From positions 1 to 64,000 of IMG/VR virus record IMGVR_UViG_3300017913_001781: 64,000 nt of DNA; one strand, given 5' to 3'. A program made the position numbers and the translations under genes. The notes beneath the pieces are model-generated. The model did no database searches, was not told the DNA's origin, and worked only from the letters and a program-made list of their open reading frames with translations. Positions 35,065-46,300 of the stretch are shown piece after piece (position 1 is the first letter of the stretch; every line of letters begins with the position of its first letter). Origin of the DNA: a virus (Duplodnaviria; Caudoviricetes).

Positions 35065-35756
35065 AACAAGCTGAGCTTATAAATGATAACATTAGAGATA
35101 CACATTGGCTAGGAGAAGTAGTGGATAATCAGGATCCATTATCAAATGGTCGATGTAAAGTCAAAGTATTTGGTAAATTTGATACTATTCCGGTTGAAGC
35201 TATTCCATGGGCTTCGCCTATGAATAGAATGACGCCCGGTCATCATGTAGTACCAAGAGTAGGTGATATTGTTGGTATTAGATTTGATAATGGAGATATT
35301 TACCACCCCGAATACCTGTTTCAGGTCAATCAAAATACAGACTTAAAGGAAGAAGTACTTCAGAACAGCGAAACGCCATATGACGTTATATCTTTGGTCT
35401 ATGACGCTCAAAGAAAAGTAAGAATTTATTGGTCTCTAGAAGATGGTTTAGTCATGACTACCGGAGAGTCTCAAACGGCTCAGCCCATGATTAGATTCTC
35501 TCCAGAAGGTCAAATATTTCTTAACTCTAATGAGATATACATTGCTACCGATGGAACTAATACTGATGAACCCGCCGTTAAAGGTAAAACTTTAGCAGAT
35601 TTATTAGCTGAGATTATAACTCAGTTTAACGGCCATACTCATCCGACCGGTGTTGGCCCTTCTGGTCCTCCTCTACCTCCTCAATTACCGGCTATGATTA
35701 ATTTGCAAACGCAGATAAATAGTAATGCAGGCCCTGGTTTTATCCAGCAAAAATGA
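35061..35756 (+). CDS. Baseplate central spike (gp5 OB-fold/gpV-like)
   Basis: WLGEVVDNQDP..GRCKVKVFG, VPRVGD.V...F..GD OB-fold pattern; C-terminal HTH (HxH) apex motif. Confidence 0.8.
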   Translation: MKQAELINDNIRDTHWLGEVVDNQDPLSNGRCKVKVFGKFDTIPVEAIPWASPMNRMTPGHHVVPRVGDIVGIRFDNGDIYHPEYLFQVNQNTDLKEEVLQNSETPYDVISLVYDAQRKVRIYWSLEDGLVMTTGESQTAQPMIRFSPEGQIFLNSNEIYIATDGTNTDEPAVKGKTLADLLAEIITQFNGHTHPTGVGPSGPPLPPQLPAMINLQTQINSNAGPGFIQQK

Positions 35757-35762
35757 TAGGCA

Positions 35763-36554
35763 ATGACTTTTGACAATCTTATTGATACATATGGCAATTC
35801 ATATGCCGTTAGCCAATCCTATAATACTATAGCTAGTAATATTATTTCAGCATGTGAAAACCTTTTGAGTAGTAACTTAAAAGCTGGAAACAAAACTTTT
35901 ACATTTTCTGGAAGTCATGATTTTGGAGATGCTATTTCCAATCTTTCAAGTAAACTTAGTAATGGTGATGTTGTTGGAGTTGCAGCTCAAATTGCCTACA
36001 TATTTCAAAATAGAAAAGGAACTATTGAGCAATTAACATATACTGTAAATCCAAATGATTTTGAAAATATAATTATTTTGTCAGTTAGAGGAGCATATGA
36101 TGGTAATAAAAATTTATATGATAGATTAACTGACTTTACGCAAATTAATAGACCTATAACAGTTAGTGGATCATCTATAGTTTTAGATTTTACTAGAATT
36201 AGAAATAGGTGTCAAGAATATGTTGAAGATTTTAAGATAGATGTTCAGGGTCAAAAGATTGTAGGAGAAGAATACGAAGAAGAAATACTCTTACATGGTA
36301 ATCAGGTTATGGCAACTGAAACTTCTCCAGAAGGAATAACGTATAACGTTGAAAAATCAGGAGATCTTCCAAGTGATGCATCTGCTAGAGAAGAGATAAT
36401 GGCTAGTCGAATACAAGACCTAGAAGATTTAGTAGAATCGGGTGTAATAGTCAAATATAATATAGAAGAGTTTTCTAGTAAGACGGTCGTTAAAACATAT
36501 TTTAGACTATTAGAGGATTATCAAAAAGAGTTTAATGTTCAAAGCATATTATAA
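35763..36554 (+). CDS. Hypothetical structural-region protein
   Basis: ORF in late operon. Confidence 0.6.
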   Translation: MTFDNLIDTYGNSYAVSQSYNTIASNIISACENLLSSNLKAGNKTFTFSGSHDFGDAISNLSSKLSNGDVVGVAAQIAYIFQNRKGTIEQLTYTVNPNDFENIIILSVRGAYDGNKNLYDRLTDFTQINRPITVSGSSIVLDFTRIRNRCQEYVEDFKIDVQGQKIVGEEYEEEILLHGNQVMATETSPEGITYNVEKSGDLPSDASAREEIMASRIQDLEDLVESGVIVKYNIEEFSSKTVVKTYFRLLEDYQKEFNVQSIL

Positions 36555-37276
36555 TGAGCTTCGAGTTATTTAAAACAAATATGACGGCGTTCTTTCAAAA
36601 CAAGAACGGCAGTGCAAGCGGAGTTATTCCGGCTGAAGATATGCCAGTGTCTGATATGATAGAAATTCCAGATCCTCAAGATCCAGAAAAAACTATTGAA
36701 GTTTTAGATACCGATAAAGAACTAAGAAAGCTAGCTAGAAAAATAACTGATGAATATCATTTGGCAATAGGAACATCTATTCAACAAGTAGGAGGTACTG
36801 CTAGGCCTATAAATCCAGCTATTTATAATGGTGTTATGAACACTGCAAAAGAAGCTATATTTTTGGCTATTCTTGGAGTTTTAAAAGTTATGCATTCTGA
36901 TAAAGGACCAAAACCTTCGATACCCTTGATGTTACCAATCGGTGCAGCTGTCGTAGCTTATTGGGCAACTGCTCTTGCACCCGGATCTTTTTTACCGGTG
37001 CCCATGCCTTTAACTCCGCCTTATACAGTGCCAGCTCCTGGTGTTATAGTCTTATTTCCCGGTAATCCAAAACCGATTGCTAAGGGGTTTAAAGATGCTT
37101 TTTCAAAATATGATAATGAGAGAGATTTTAACGAAGCTCTTTCTAAAATGCTAGACGATATAATTAAGGGATTCGAAGACCACTTAGCTAGCGTCAGTGG
37201 AATTTATGTTGGATTGGTACCTGCACCTCCAGCAATTGTTCCAATTGTTACACCGTGGAAAGGAATCACAGTTTAA
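36554..37276 (+). CDS. Hypothetical Pro-rich structural-region protein
   Basis: TAATG-coupled ORF. Confidence 0.6.
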   Translation: MSFELFKTNMTAFFQNKNGSASGVIPAEDMPVSDMIEIPDPQDPEKTIEVLDTDKELRKLARKITDEYHLAIGTSIQQVGGTARPINPAIYNGVMNTAKEAIFLAILGVLKVMHSDKGPKPSIPLMLPIGAAVVAYWATALAPGSFLPVPMPLTPPYTVPAPGVIVLFPGNPKPIAKGFKDAFSKYDNERDFNEALSKMLDDIIKGFEDHLASVSGIYVGLVPAPPAIVPIVTPWKGITV

Positions 37277-37278
37277 TA

Positions 37279-37286
37279 GATATATA
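37279..37286 (+). promoter_or_regulatory. Putative late promoter GATATATA
   Basis: Upstream of the S1-domain gene. Confidence 0.6.
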
Positions 37287-37315
37287 ATATGTTACACCTT
37301 TAATATAAAAAATAA

Positions 37316-38614
37316 ATGTCACAAAAAAAATCAAGGCCTAGAATCAATAAAAAGGCCATCGAAGAGGTTGAAGTAACTCAACCGGAGTCAACGACTCAAC
37401 AAGAACAAACAGAAGTAAAAATCGAAAGCGAAAGAGACCGATGGACTCTTGACAGCGGCGAATTTGATTGGGACGGCTATGCTGCTGATTGCCCAAAAAC
37501 TCTTAGAAAATCTAATCCACATGTAAAAACTCAAGGAAATGATAAGGTATTTTCTAGAGAGTCGTATGCTCAAGAGTTTTATGATATTCTAACTAACCGA
37601 GAAAAAGAATCTGAATTTATTCCTAAATTAAAAGTTGGAGTTATTTATGAGGGTAAGGTATTTGGTATTAATGAAACGCACGCTACTGTCGATGTAAACT
37701 ATCGCCAACTTGTCTTTGTTAAACTTTCTAAAGAAGATCCTCAATATAGAGACGTTAGACCCGGAGAAGAAGTATCAGTTCTTATAACCGAAGGTACCAA
37801 CGACGACGAAAGGGGTAATATCATAGGAACTATATCGGGCGGTATGCGCCAACGTATATTTATGGATCTAAGAGAAGGTATAGACTCAGCTGATACTGCT
37901 TGGACTGGTGTTGTTAAAGAAATGATTTCTGCTGGAGGATATGTCGTTAATGTACAAGGTGTAGATTGCTTTATGCCAGGTTCTCTTGCAGGTATTAACA
38001 AATTACACGATTTTGAATCTATCTTGGGTCAAGAGCTTTATGTCGTTCCTGTTTCATTCTCACAGGACAGAGGTACAATTGTTGTTTCGCACAGAAAGTA
38101 TTTACAGGCTATGATTCCTGTTGAAATTTCAAAGCTTCGTGAGAATATTACTGACAGAATTACAGGCACTGTTACCGGTACTGCGAAGTACGGTGTCTTC
38201 TGTGAGTTTAACACTTGCTTAACGGGTATGATTCATGTTAACGACTTAGATGCAGAAACACTTAAGAGACATAAGTCACAAAGTATTAAACCGGGAGAAG
38301 AAATTGAGTTCTTAGTTAAAGATATTGTATCTAATACTAAAATTACGTTGACTCAAAAGACGCTTGAGGAAACTAATCCATGGATTAATATACTTGAAAG
38401 ATATAAGGTTCCTAGTGTAGTTGATGCAAAGGTTAAAGCCGTTAAAGATTATGGAATTTTTGTAACTCTTGAAGAAGGAGTTGTCGGTTTACTTCATATT
38501 AGTGAAGTCGGAGAAGATCTAATCAAAGTGTTTAAGAACGGTGATAATATTACAGTTCAGGTAACCAGAATTGATCCTGAAACTAGAAAGGTGTTCTTGA
38601 AGTTACCATCATAA
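37316..38614 (+). CDS. Ribosomal protein bS1-like protein (about four S1 domains)
   Basis: GGYVV..GVDCFMPGS, IVVSHR, YGVFCE..GMIHVND, DYGIFVTL.EGVVGLLHISE, RKVFL. Confidence 0.8.
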   Translation: MSQKKSRPRINKKAIEEVEVTQPESTTQQEQTEVKIESERDRWTLDSGEFDWDGYAADCPKTLRKSNPHVKTQGNDKVFSRESYAQEFYDILTNREKESEFIPKLKVGVIYEGKVFGINETHATVDVNYRQLVFVKLSKEDPQYRDVRPGEEVSVLITEGTNDDERGNIIGTISGGMRQRIFMDLREGIDSADTAWTGVVKEMISAGGYVVNVQGVDCFMPGSLAGINKLHDFESILGQELYVVPVSFSQDRGTIVVSHRKYLQAMIPVEISKLRENITDRITGTVTGTAKYGVFCEFNTCLTGMIHVNDLDAETLKRHKSQSIKPGEEIEFLVKDIVSNTKITLTQKTLEETNPWINILERYKVPSVVDAKVKAVKDYGIFVTLEEGVVGLLHISEVGEDLIKVFKNGDNITVQVTRIDPETRKVFLKLPS

Positions 38615-38634
38615 TATGATGTCATAGTTAGTCT

Positions 38635-38642
38635 GATATATA
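38635..38642 (+). promoter_or_regulatory. Putative late promoter GATATATA
   Basis: Upstream of 38668. Confidence 0.6.
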
Positions 38643-38667
38643 CCATAACAAAGATATATCGGTCTAG

Positions 38668-39981
38668 ATGAACAAACTTTATAAAAATTCTAATAGAGAG
38701 GAGATACTTAATGCTTCGTTATGCGGAGTAGAGTTTGAGTTTTATTCCAAATTGGGCCTAAAAGAGACTACCAAGCAATTGGAGGATCTTTTAGGCCGCT
38801 CTATTAGTATAGAAGATAAGGCACACTCTGATTTTGAACCAACTGATAAAGAGTTCAAAATTGAACCTGATATGTCGGGCGGTAAAGGACTAATGGAGCT
38901 CGTTACTGGAGCTATGCCTTATAGAAACGCCAGAATTATGATGATTAAGGTGTTAGGTTGGATTAGACAAAATGGTTATACAACCGAAAGGTCGGGCATT
39001 CACCTTAACTTATCATTTGATAAAGACTATTTAGAAGATAAAAATATGATATCTAAGATGAACACTCTTAAGTTTATCTTGGACTTTAACGAAAAACAGG
39101 TTTACAACCTATTTCCTGATAGAGAAAATTCAGTTTATGCTAAAAGTATAAAATGGGTTATGCCAAAGGTTGACGCGTTCTACTATGATTCTGTTAATAC
39201 TTCTATTCATAATTACGATTTCCCCAATACTAAGTACTATGGCATTAACTTTGAAAAGAAGTTAAAGAATTATTTAGAGTTTAGATATTTGGGTGGAAAG
39301 AATTATGAACAAAGGCAAGATGATATTTTCTATCTTTGGGAATCATTTGTTATGGCTATTTGGAAATCTTGTAATAATTCTAATTTTACAGAAGAAAATA
39401 AATTAGAGCTTCGTAGAATTTTACATAAAAACGAGCCTGTTGCATTATCTTTAAGAGACTTTAGAAACGTAAATAAGAATTGGCCTAAGATAGAAATTTT
39501 AGTAGACCTCAACGATCATGGTGAGACCATAGATATGTATTGGGATCGTATGAAGCATAGGGTTATGGATCTAATAACCAAGGGTGGTATGACAGAGGGG
39601 ATAGTTAACTACGATAGCGATATTTCTCATGTTCAAATTAAAGATGGTAAGTTTCCAACTTGTTTTCAACTTGAAGGTTATGACTTCGTCAATTGCGAAA
39701 TTAGAGGCAATGTAGAAAAAAGTGACTTGTTTGATTGTAAAGTTGAAGGGTCTATGTTAGTAAGATGTAATTTATATCAAGGTACAGAAGTTAAGGAGTC
39801 TAAGATAGAGTCTTGTTTTGTACACGGTAGCTGCACCATTGTTAATAGTTTTGTCTTTGGTAGAGACGGTATATTTAAAGGTAAAATGAAAGGTGGCATA
39901 TTTAGAGAAGGAATGATAACTAAAGATTCTAGGTTTGAAGATGACGTAGAAGTTGTAGTTACTAAAAAAATAAAATCATAA
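38668..39981 (+). CDS. Putative amidoligase (COOH-NH2 ligase fold) with C-terminal beta-helix-like repeats
   Basis: GVEFEF, EPD.SG, MELVT, GIHLNLSF, KYYGIN and YLEFR motifs; C-terminal 5-residue periodicity. Confidence 0.65.
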   Translation: MNKLYKNSNREEILNASLCGVEFEFYSKLGLKETTKQLEDLLGRSISIEDKAHSDFEPTDKEFKIEPDMSGGKGLMELVTGAMPYRNARIMMIKVLGWIRQNGYTTERSGIHLNLSFDKDYLEDKNMISKMNTLKFILDFNEKQVYNLFPDRENSVYAKSIKWVMPKVDAFYYDSVNTSIHNYDFPNTKYYGINFEKKLKNYLEFRYLGGKNYEQRQDDIFYLWESFVMAIWKSCNNSNFTEENKLELRRILHKNEPVALSLRDFRNVNKNWPKIEILVDLNDHGETIDMYWDRMKHRVMDLITKGGMTEGIVNYDSDISHVQIKDGKFPTCFQLEGYDFVNCEIRGNVEKSDLFDCKVEGSMLVRCNLYQGTEVKESKIESCFVHGSCTIVNSFVFGRDGIFKGKMKGGIFREGMITKDSRFEDDVEVVVTKKIKS

Positions 39982-39982
39982 G

Positions 39983-40825
39983 ATGAGTAAAATCAGAAGC
40001 GGCAACGATAGTGGCTTAAATACTCCTAAAAACTTTGGTGAAGATTGTCAAGATCTATTTTTAGATGAAATAGCCGATGAGCTTACAGGAGCATGTATGA
40101 TTCCTGTTAACCTTCCTAAGAAGGAGGTTTTAAACATTATAAAAAGAGCGGTTAAGTGGTTCTATAAGAATTACGAATACTCTGTTAAAGAAAACTATTA
40201 TCACATTCCTAATAGCGTATTTAGTACTGACTATTTTAAATCTCATAGGGCTTTACATTTACCACAAGCCACTGGCGATGGTTCTGGTATGGTATTCTCT
40301 GTTTATGGCTTATATGACTTAGCGAGCGGTTGGAATCAGCCAGGTGGGGGCTTAGATTTAAGATTCGAAAGCGGATCTGACTTTGCGTTAGAAAGAATGT
40401 TGTTTAGAAACGTGTACGACGGCGACGGAGCTGCTAGAGGCGCAGAGGAGTTACAGTATTACGTAATTAACCAATCCATGGTGGATCTATCTAGGCAGAT
40501 CATGGAGAACCCGATTTCGTTTCATTTCTCGCAATTGACAGGTGAGCTTAAGTTTATGGGTGATACACCCAAGGGAGATGTCATACTTGAAGTTTATGAG
40601 ACTATTCCTAATTGTGCACTCTACTCCGATGAGATATTCTTTAGGTATGTTTCGGCTAAAGTTAAAATATCATTAGGTTCTAAATTAGGCGTTTTTAAAT
40701 TTGCACTGCCGGGTAATGTAGAATTTGATTATTCGGAAATAAAGTCTATGGGTGAAGAAGAACTTTCAACAGTAATAGAAGAAATAAAAGGAGACGAAGG
40801 CGTTGATTGGATGATGCATTCATAA
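39983..40825 (+). CDS. Neck protein (T4 gp13-like)
   Basis: RAVKWF..Y, YVSAKVK..LG, FALPGNVEFD..IK..G.EE pattern, plus synteny. Confidence 0.6.
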   Translation: MSKIRSGNDSGLNTPKNFGEDCQDLFLDEIADELTGACMIPVNLPKKEVLNIIKRAVKWFYKNYEYSVKENYYHIPNSVFSTDYFKSHRALHLPQATGDGSGMVFSVYGLYDLASGWNQPGGGLDLRFESGSDFALERMLFRNVYDGDGAARGAEELQYYVINQSMVDLSRQIMENPISFHFSQLTGELKFMGDTPKGDVILEVYETIPNCALYSDEIFFRYVSAKVKISLGSKLGVFKFALPGNVEFDYSEIKSMGEEELSTVIEEIKGDEGVDWMMHS

Positions 40826-40853
40826 GCTAAACAAAAAGTTGAATAGATACTAG

Positions 40854-41210
40854 ATGGAACTCTATATTAAGACAATTGGTGACCCTAACTTTGACTCGTT
40901 TAAGGTACAAAGTAATAGCGAGCTAGCACAGCTTATGACTCAAATAGAGACCATACTTTTTACAAACAAACGAGAGGTTTTAGGAAAACCTCAATTTGGA
41001 TGCAACCTTGAAGATTTAGTCTATTCTCTTAATTATAACAATAATCAGATCAAAGAAACTATAGATGAGCAAATTGCAATGTTTTGTCCTCTTGCCCAAA
41101 AATACAATGTATCAGCTGAAGTCTCTTTTGTAAAAGGTACAGCAAGAGACATAGCTTACATAGATATAACTATAGATTCTAAATACCTATTACAGGTCTA
41201 TATAAATTAA
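40854..41210 (+). CDS. Baseplate wedge protein gp25-like
   Basis: ILFTNKREVLGKPQFGCNLEDLVY. Confidence 0.8.
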   Translation: MELYIKTIGDPNFDSFKVQSNSELAQLMTQIETILFTNKREVLGKPQFGCNLEDLVYSLNYNNNQIKETIDEQIAMFCPLAQKYNVSAEVSFVKGTARDIAYIDITIDSKYLLQVYIN

Positions 41211-41223
41211 ACATAACTTTATA

Positions 41224-43065
41224 ATGGCTGAATTTAAATTTTTAGATACAACAAGAGCTATAGCATCTGATATTGTAGCAGATGCTAGAACTTATATAGG
41301 TCGTATTTATGGTAGGGCGAACACTTTATTTACTACGGCGTCTCCATTTTCACAAATACTAGAGGTTATGTCTGAGATAGGAGAATTTTTAATGTTCTAT
41401 GTTGAAGATGCAACAGTAGAACAAAATATCTATACTGCACAACAGCCCGAATCAATCTATGGATTATCTAGACTCGCTGGTCATGATCCAACTAGAGGCT
41501 TTGCTGCTTTTGGAGAAATAACTTTTAGATGGGCAGCTGGTGTAGATTTAAGCAAGGTAATTGGAGACGCTATTAACATCCCTGCAAATACTAAAATAAA
41601 GTTCGACGCAAATGGATTAAGCTATATGCTTAGAACAAATAAAGATCAATTTAGAATAGAAAAAACCAACAATAGCACATTTACGTGTTCTATTATACAA
41701 GGAGAAATAGAGTCTCAAACCGTGACAGGAACTGGTGAAAAGCTACAGTCTTTTAATATCCAAACTGGAGGATTAACAGACCATAATTTAGTTTCAGTAT
41801 CGGTTAATGGAGAATTATGGACCAAGTTTAATTCTTTATATGAAATGTTGCCGTCTGATAAAGGTTATATCATTAAAACGGGTATCGGTGGAGGATTAGA
41901 CGTTTATTTTGGTAATGGTAACTTTGGTATGATGCCTGTTTCTGGTTCTTCTATTGAAATAGAATATATTAAACATGACGGAGTTAAGGGTAACTTAGAC
42001 GATGCTTCGGATTTAACATTTAAATGGGTCGATGAAGGATCAGATGCTCTTGGAAATTCGTATGACTTAAATAAATTTTTACAAGCTAACGTTACCTCAT
42101 CTCCTAAAATGGGCGGCGACAGAGAATCAACCGAATTTACCAAGTTAATAGCACCAATGGCATCTAAAAGTTTTGTCTTAGCTACTCCGGACCATTACGA
42201 GTATTTCTTAGGTAGATATGGTATTTTCTCTTACATCGATGCGTATAATACGGTTGATGACCAATATATTGATGATGATAACGTTATTTACATATTTGCA
42301 ATTCCAGATGTTAAAAGAAAATTGGCTAAAAACCTAGATTACTTTTCATTACCCATAAACGAAATGTTTTTTGATGCTAATGAATATAGCGCTATGGCTG
42401 GTGTTTTACAAGAATCCGGTCAGCAAATGGTTACCACAGAAGTTAAGTTTGTAGAGCCTAAAGCTAGATATTATTCTATGGATATTTCTGTTAGATATTT
42501 TGAAGGTTTTAGAAAAGAAGATATTTTTAACGACATAAGAGATGTTGTATCTAATTACCTATTAAATGTGACTAGAAGAGATAAATTGCCAAAGTCAGAT
42601 ATCATCTACATATTAGAAGAAGTCGAAGGCGTTGATGCTGTTAATGTCACGTTTGTTTCTGAAACAGAAGAGACTGCCAGAAGGCTAGGTTACTATGAGT
42701 CTATAACTACCAAGGTTGTACCTTCGCAACCCGTTGTCTTAGAGGATATCGGTAATGGTAAGCAAAAATTTGTTTTCTTTAAGAAAGTTCAAGAAGTTGA
42801 ATTGGTTAATATTGGTGCTAACGATCCTATTCCTGCTGATGTTGCAGGCTTAGACGAGTACGGTGATATTATTATGGAAAAAGAAGAGGTTGCTGTATTT
42901 AGAGGAGGTTGGTTAGATAGAGATAGCCAGCTTGTTAAAGATATTCCTTCTATTAATGAAGATGCTGCTTTAACTGTTACATTTGACGAGACGCCTGTAC
43001 CGAGGACGGTTTATACTAGACTTCAAGCAGGAGATAGAAAATCAATAGTTAGAAGATCATCATGA
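41224..43065 (+). CDS. Baseplate wedge protein gp6/J-like
   Basis: EQNIYTAQ..SIYGL.RLAG, VYFGNGNFG..P, GGDRES, DHYEY; follows gp25. Confidence 0.75.
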   Translation: MAEFKFLDTTRAIASDIVADARTYIGRIYGRANTLFTTASPFSQILEVMSEIGEFLMFYVEDATVEQNIYTAQQPESIYGLSRLAGHDPTRGFAAFGEITFRWAAGVDLSKVIGDAINIPANTKIKFDANGLSYMLRTNKDQFRIEKTNNSTFTCSIIQGEIESQTVTGTGEKLQSFNIQTGGLTDHNLVSVSVNGELWTKFNSLYEMLPSDKGYIIKTGIGGGLDVYFGNGNFGMMPVSGSSIEIEYIKHDGVKGNLDDASDLTFKWVDEGSDALGNSYDLNKFLQANVTSSPKMGGDRESTEFTKLIAPMASKSFVLATPDHYEYFLGRYGIFSYIDAYNTVDDQYIDDDNVIYIFAIPDVKRKLAKNLDYFSLPINEMFFDANEYSAMAGVLQESGQQMVTTEVKFVEPKARYYSMDISVRYFEGFRKEDIFNDIRDVVSNYLLNVTRRDKLPKSDIIYILEEVEGVDAVNVTFVSETEETARRLGYYESITTKVVPSQPVVLEDIGNGKQKFVFFKKVQEVELVNIGANDPIPADVAGLDEYGDIIMEKEEVAVFRGGWLDRDSQLVKDIPSINEDAALTVTFDETPVPRTVYTRLQAGDRKSIVRRSS

Positions 43066-43331
43066 ACTTATTTCAAGATTTATTCAAATATAAGCTAGAA
43101 AAACTATATAGTTATAAAAAGACTAGAAAGGACAATCGTCTTAATTTAGGATATGACTACAAAGATAGACTATTAAACGATAATCTTTCTCAACATTTAC
43201 AAAGAAATGATATAATTAGAACATTTCTTTTGTTTATGAATGACTATTTCTATAAAGTAATAGGTTCTATAAAGAATTTACAAGGGTATAAAAATTATAC
43301 TATTAAAAAAGACGATACTAGAATACGATAA
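43062..43331 (+). CDS. Small baseplate-region protein
   Basis: Coupled ORF between the gp6-like and gp7-like genes. Confidence 0.6.
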   Translation: MNLFQDLFKYKLEKLYSYKKTRKDNRLNLGYDYKDRLLNDNLSQHLQRNDIIRTFLLFMNDYFYKVIGSIKNLQGYKNYTIKKDDTRIR

Positions 43332-46300
43332 TGTTTCAAAAGCTACGTTTTTTTAGAGGCACTGAGCATGATCTTAATTTAGTGCAAGATACCAATGGAG
43401 TTTACAAAGGTACTATTCATATGGATCCCGTTTCTACGGGTCTTTATGAGACTGTAAACCTGCTTGTGATGGAAGAAGTTGAGAAGGATAATCAAATTTG
43501 GTTAAATCATCCAACTTCAAACTTTCCTTTTGGGAGTACACTAAACTTTAGATGGCTTAATGACTTTGATACGTCAGATGATATTATCATGTACGGCGCT
43601 AAGCTAGATAAAGGTATTGTAAAAATAGATGTCAAAAAAGAACAAGGTTTTGATTTAATTGACATTATCGATAATGACTCATTAGAAACGTATTTCGACG
43701 TAAGCGTTGCTGCAGACGATGGCCTTAATTTTTGCTTAAATTATCCTAATGATGGTTTTCCAAACGACTGTGTATTTGCGCCCGAATTAACGCTAAAAAG
43801 GGGCTTTACATATGTTTTTGATCAAAGTGACGTATCTAATCAGCCATATATAATGGCTTTTTCAGAAACCCCAGATGGAGAAAATCCAGATGGATCTATT
43901 GCAAAAGCATACACGAATGGAGTAGAATATTCAGGAAATCCCGGTACAAATGGATTGTTAACCTTTAACGTACCGCTTGATGCACCTGACGCTCTTTACT
44001 ATTTTTCTCCAGGCGGAGTTATATTTAATGAGGCTTTAGGCAATATAATTAATATTGTTGATGCAGACATCGACATAGACGACGATGGCTTTAAAGAGGT
44101 CGAAGATTTGAATAATTCAGCGATCACTGTCAATATAGCCCTAATGTCTTTTGACGAAGGAAGACACCATCGTACACTTCAAATATACGAAAAAGATTCT
44201 ACATCTGAAACAATTGTTGCTGAAATTAAATTTTATGGAGAAGTAGAGGGTGAAGACGAAAGACTAAAAGTTATGTTGAATAACTTGGGTGCTAGATTAG
44301 AAGAAACAGACTTCTTATTGTTTAAGGACCATGACATTACTGAAATGGCACCTGACTTTATTCTCTTAAATCAAAAGAGAAAGGAGTTACTCCTAGAGTT
44401 ACATGATATTAAGCCATTTGTGGGAACTTATAAGGCAATACTAAATGCTATTGATTTCTTTGGCTATAACAATATTACGCTTAAAGAATATTGGATGAAT
44501 ATTGATGACTCAAGTGATCGATTTGGTAAACTAAAAGCTATTCCGGTTCCTAACTCTTCTACATATGGAGAGCTACAAAGAAAGATGATGTCAATTAAGG
44601 TACCTTCAAGTACTCTTAAGAAGACGAGTCGATTTAGCTTAGTGTACAAAATAAATGTACCTAACGGAGAGTTTGACTACTGGGATATTCCAGAAGTTGA
44701 TGAGGTGTTCGATTTTACGCCCGAAGAAGTTCTTATAAAGTTATACGGCCTGAAGGACAAGCTACAAAGAGAGTACTTGCCACTGAACGCTAAGATAGTT
44801 GATATTACCGGAGAAGGTGACTTTTTTGCTCAAAAAAGCATGAACTTTTGGAACAACCAAAACGGTATTGCCCTATTTACAGAAGGACATGACATTAAAT
44901 TTGATGTTCATCCAAAAGATAGAAACTTATATGTCGAAGATTTTGCCCTTGTCTTAAAGAACATATATGACGACGATGACACTACACTAGCTGATGACTA
45001 TAACGATCTATTAAATCTAGATTTTGATCAATATGGTGATCTAAGTGGAGATGTAAGAGATGCTAATGGAGAAGTTGTTACTCAAGGACAAAGATCGATA
45101 TTAAAGGATCAATACTTTGAATTTTATGAAAATTATTTTCAAGGTCCTTTAGATACATTTAACCAAGATATTCCAGTTGGATGTCCAATAACACTAGATG
45201 GCACTGAGACATTTACATATACGTGGGATGATGCTGAGTTTAATTGGAACGATGCAATGGATTCTAACCAAAACTTAGGTGTAACTTGGAAAGATTGGTG
45301 GAAGCGTTGGGTTTATGAAATAGAATGGGTAATTACTGGACCTAAAGATTATAACAATGCATTTAGAGGACCTATTGATGACTTTTTAGTTTTTCCATTA
45401 GCATTACCATATGAGGGTAAATATAGCGTTGAGATGAGAACGTATGACTTATTTGGTCATAGATCATATGAACACAGAGAAGATACTATCGATGTTAAAC
45501 TTAAAGATGTTGAAATCTACGGGCTATATAAGTGGATGGAGACAATGCAATGGAGAGATACTGATATCGATTGGAATTCTACCGGAGGCGTTTGGGCTAT
45601 GCCTCTAAATAACTCGACATATACTGAAGATATTTTATCTACCTTCTATTTGTCAATGGATCGAGCTAATTATTTACATGACGAGTCTCATAGTATTAAT
45701 ACGTCCATGGTTAAGAGATACTTGGACATTTATTCTGAAACCGGTTTTTCGGAAACGGCCGGCCCATATCAATGGGATAACTGTGAGTTTAGGTGGAATG
45801 ACGGTCAGCATAACTGGTGGGACGCTACAGTGGTCGGAATGGATCTAACATCCTCATTTAAGATACTTGGTCTATCAGCTAATGAAGTATTAATTATTGA
45901 ACATACTGATCCAAGCACGGGCGAGTCAAAGATTGGAACATTTACACCTACTGTTTCTCCAGCTAGTCCTAATTCTCTTGCAGATTGGCAACAATTGGCT
46001 GATGAATTAAATGCTTCAGAGGACGAGGTTATAAGTAAGTTTAATTATAACATTATATATGTGGACTATGATGGTGACGGCACTACTGATTCTACAGGAG
46101 AGTGGATACCAGTAGACGGAGATGAAGATGGTCAAACGGCAGATGGCGGAGGCCCAGCCGCAGATGACGTTGATGATATACCTCTTCAAAATATATTAGC
46201 TGCTAATATACTTGCAGTCGGTAAAAACTATTCAAGATACAATGATTTCGATAAAGTACTTGTTGTCGACGTCAATGGTCAAATATTAGACGGAAAAATA

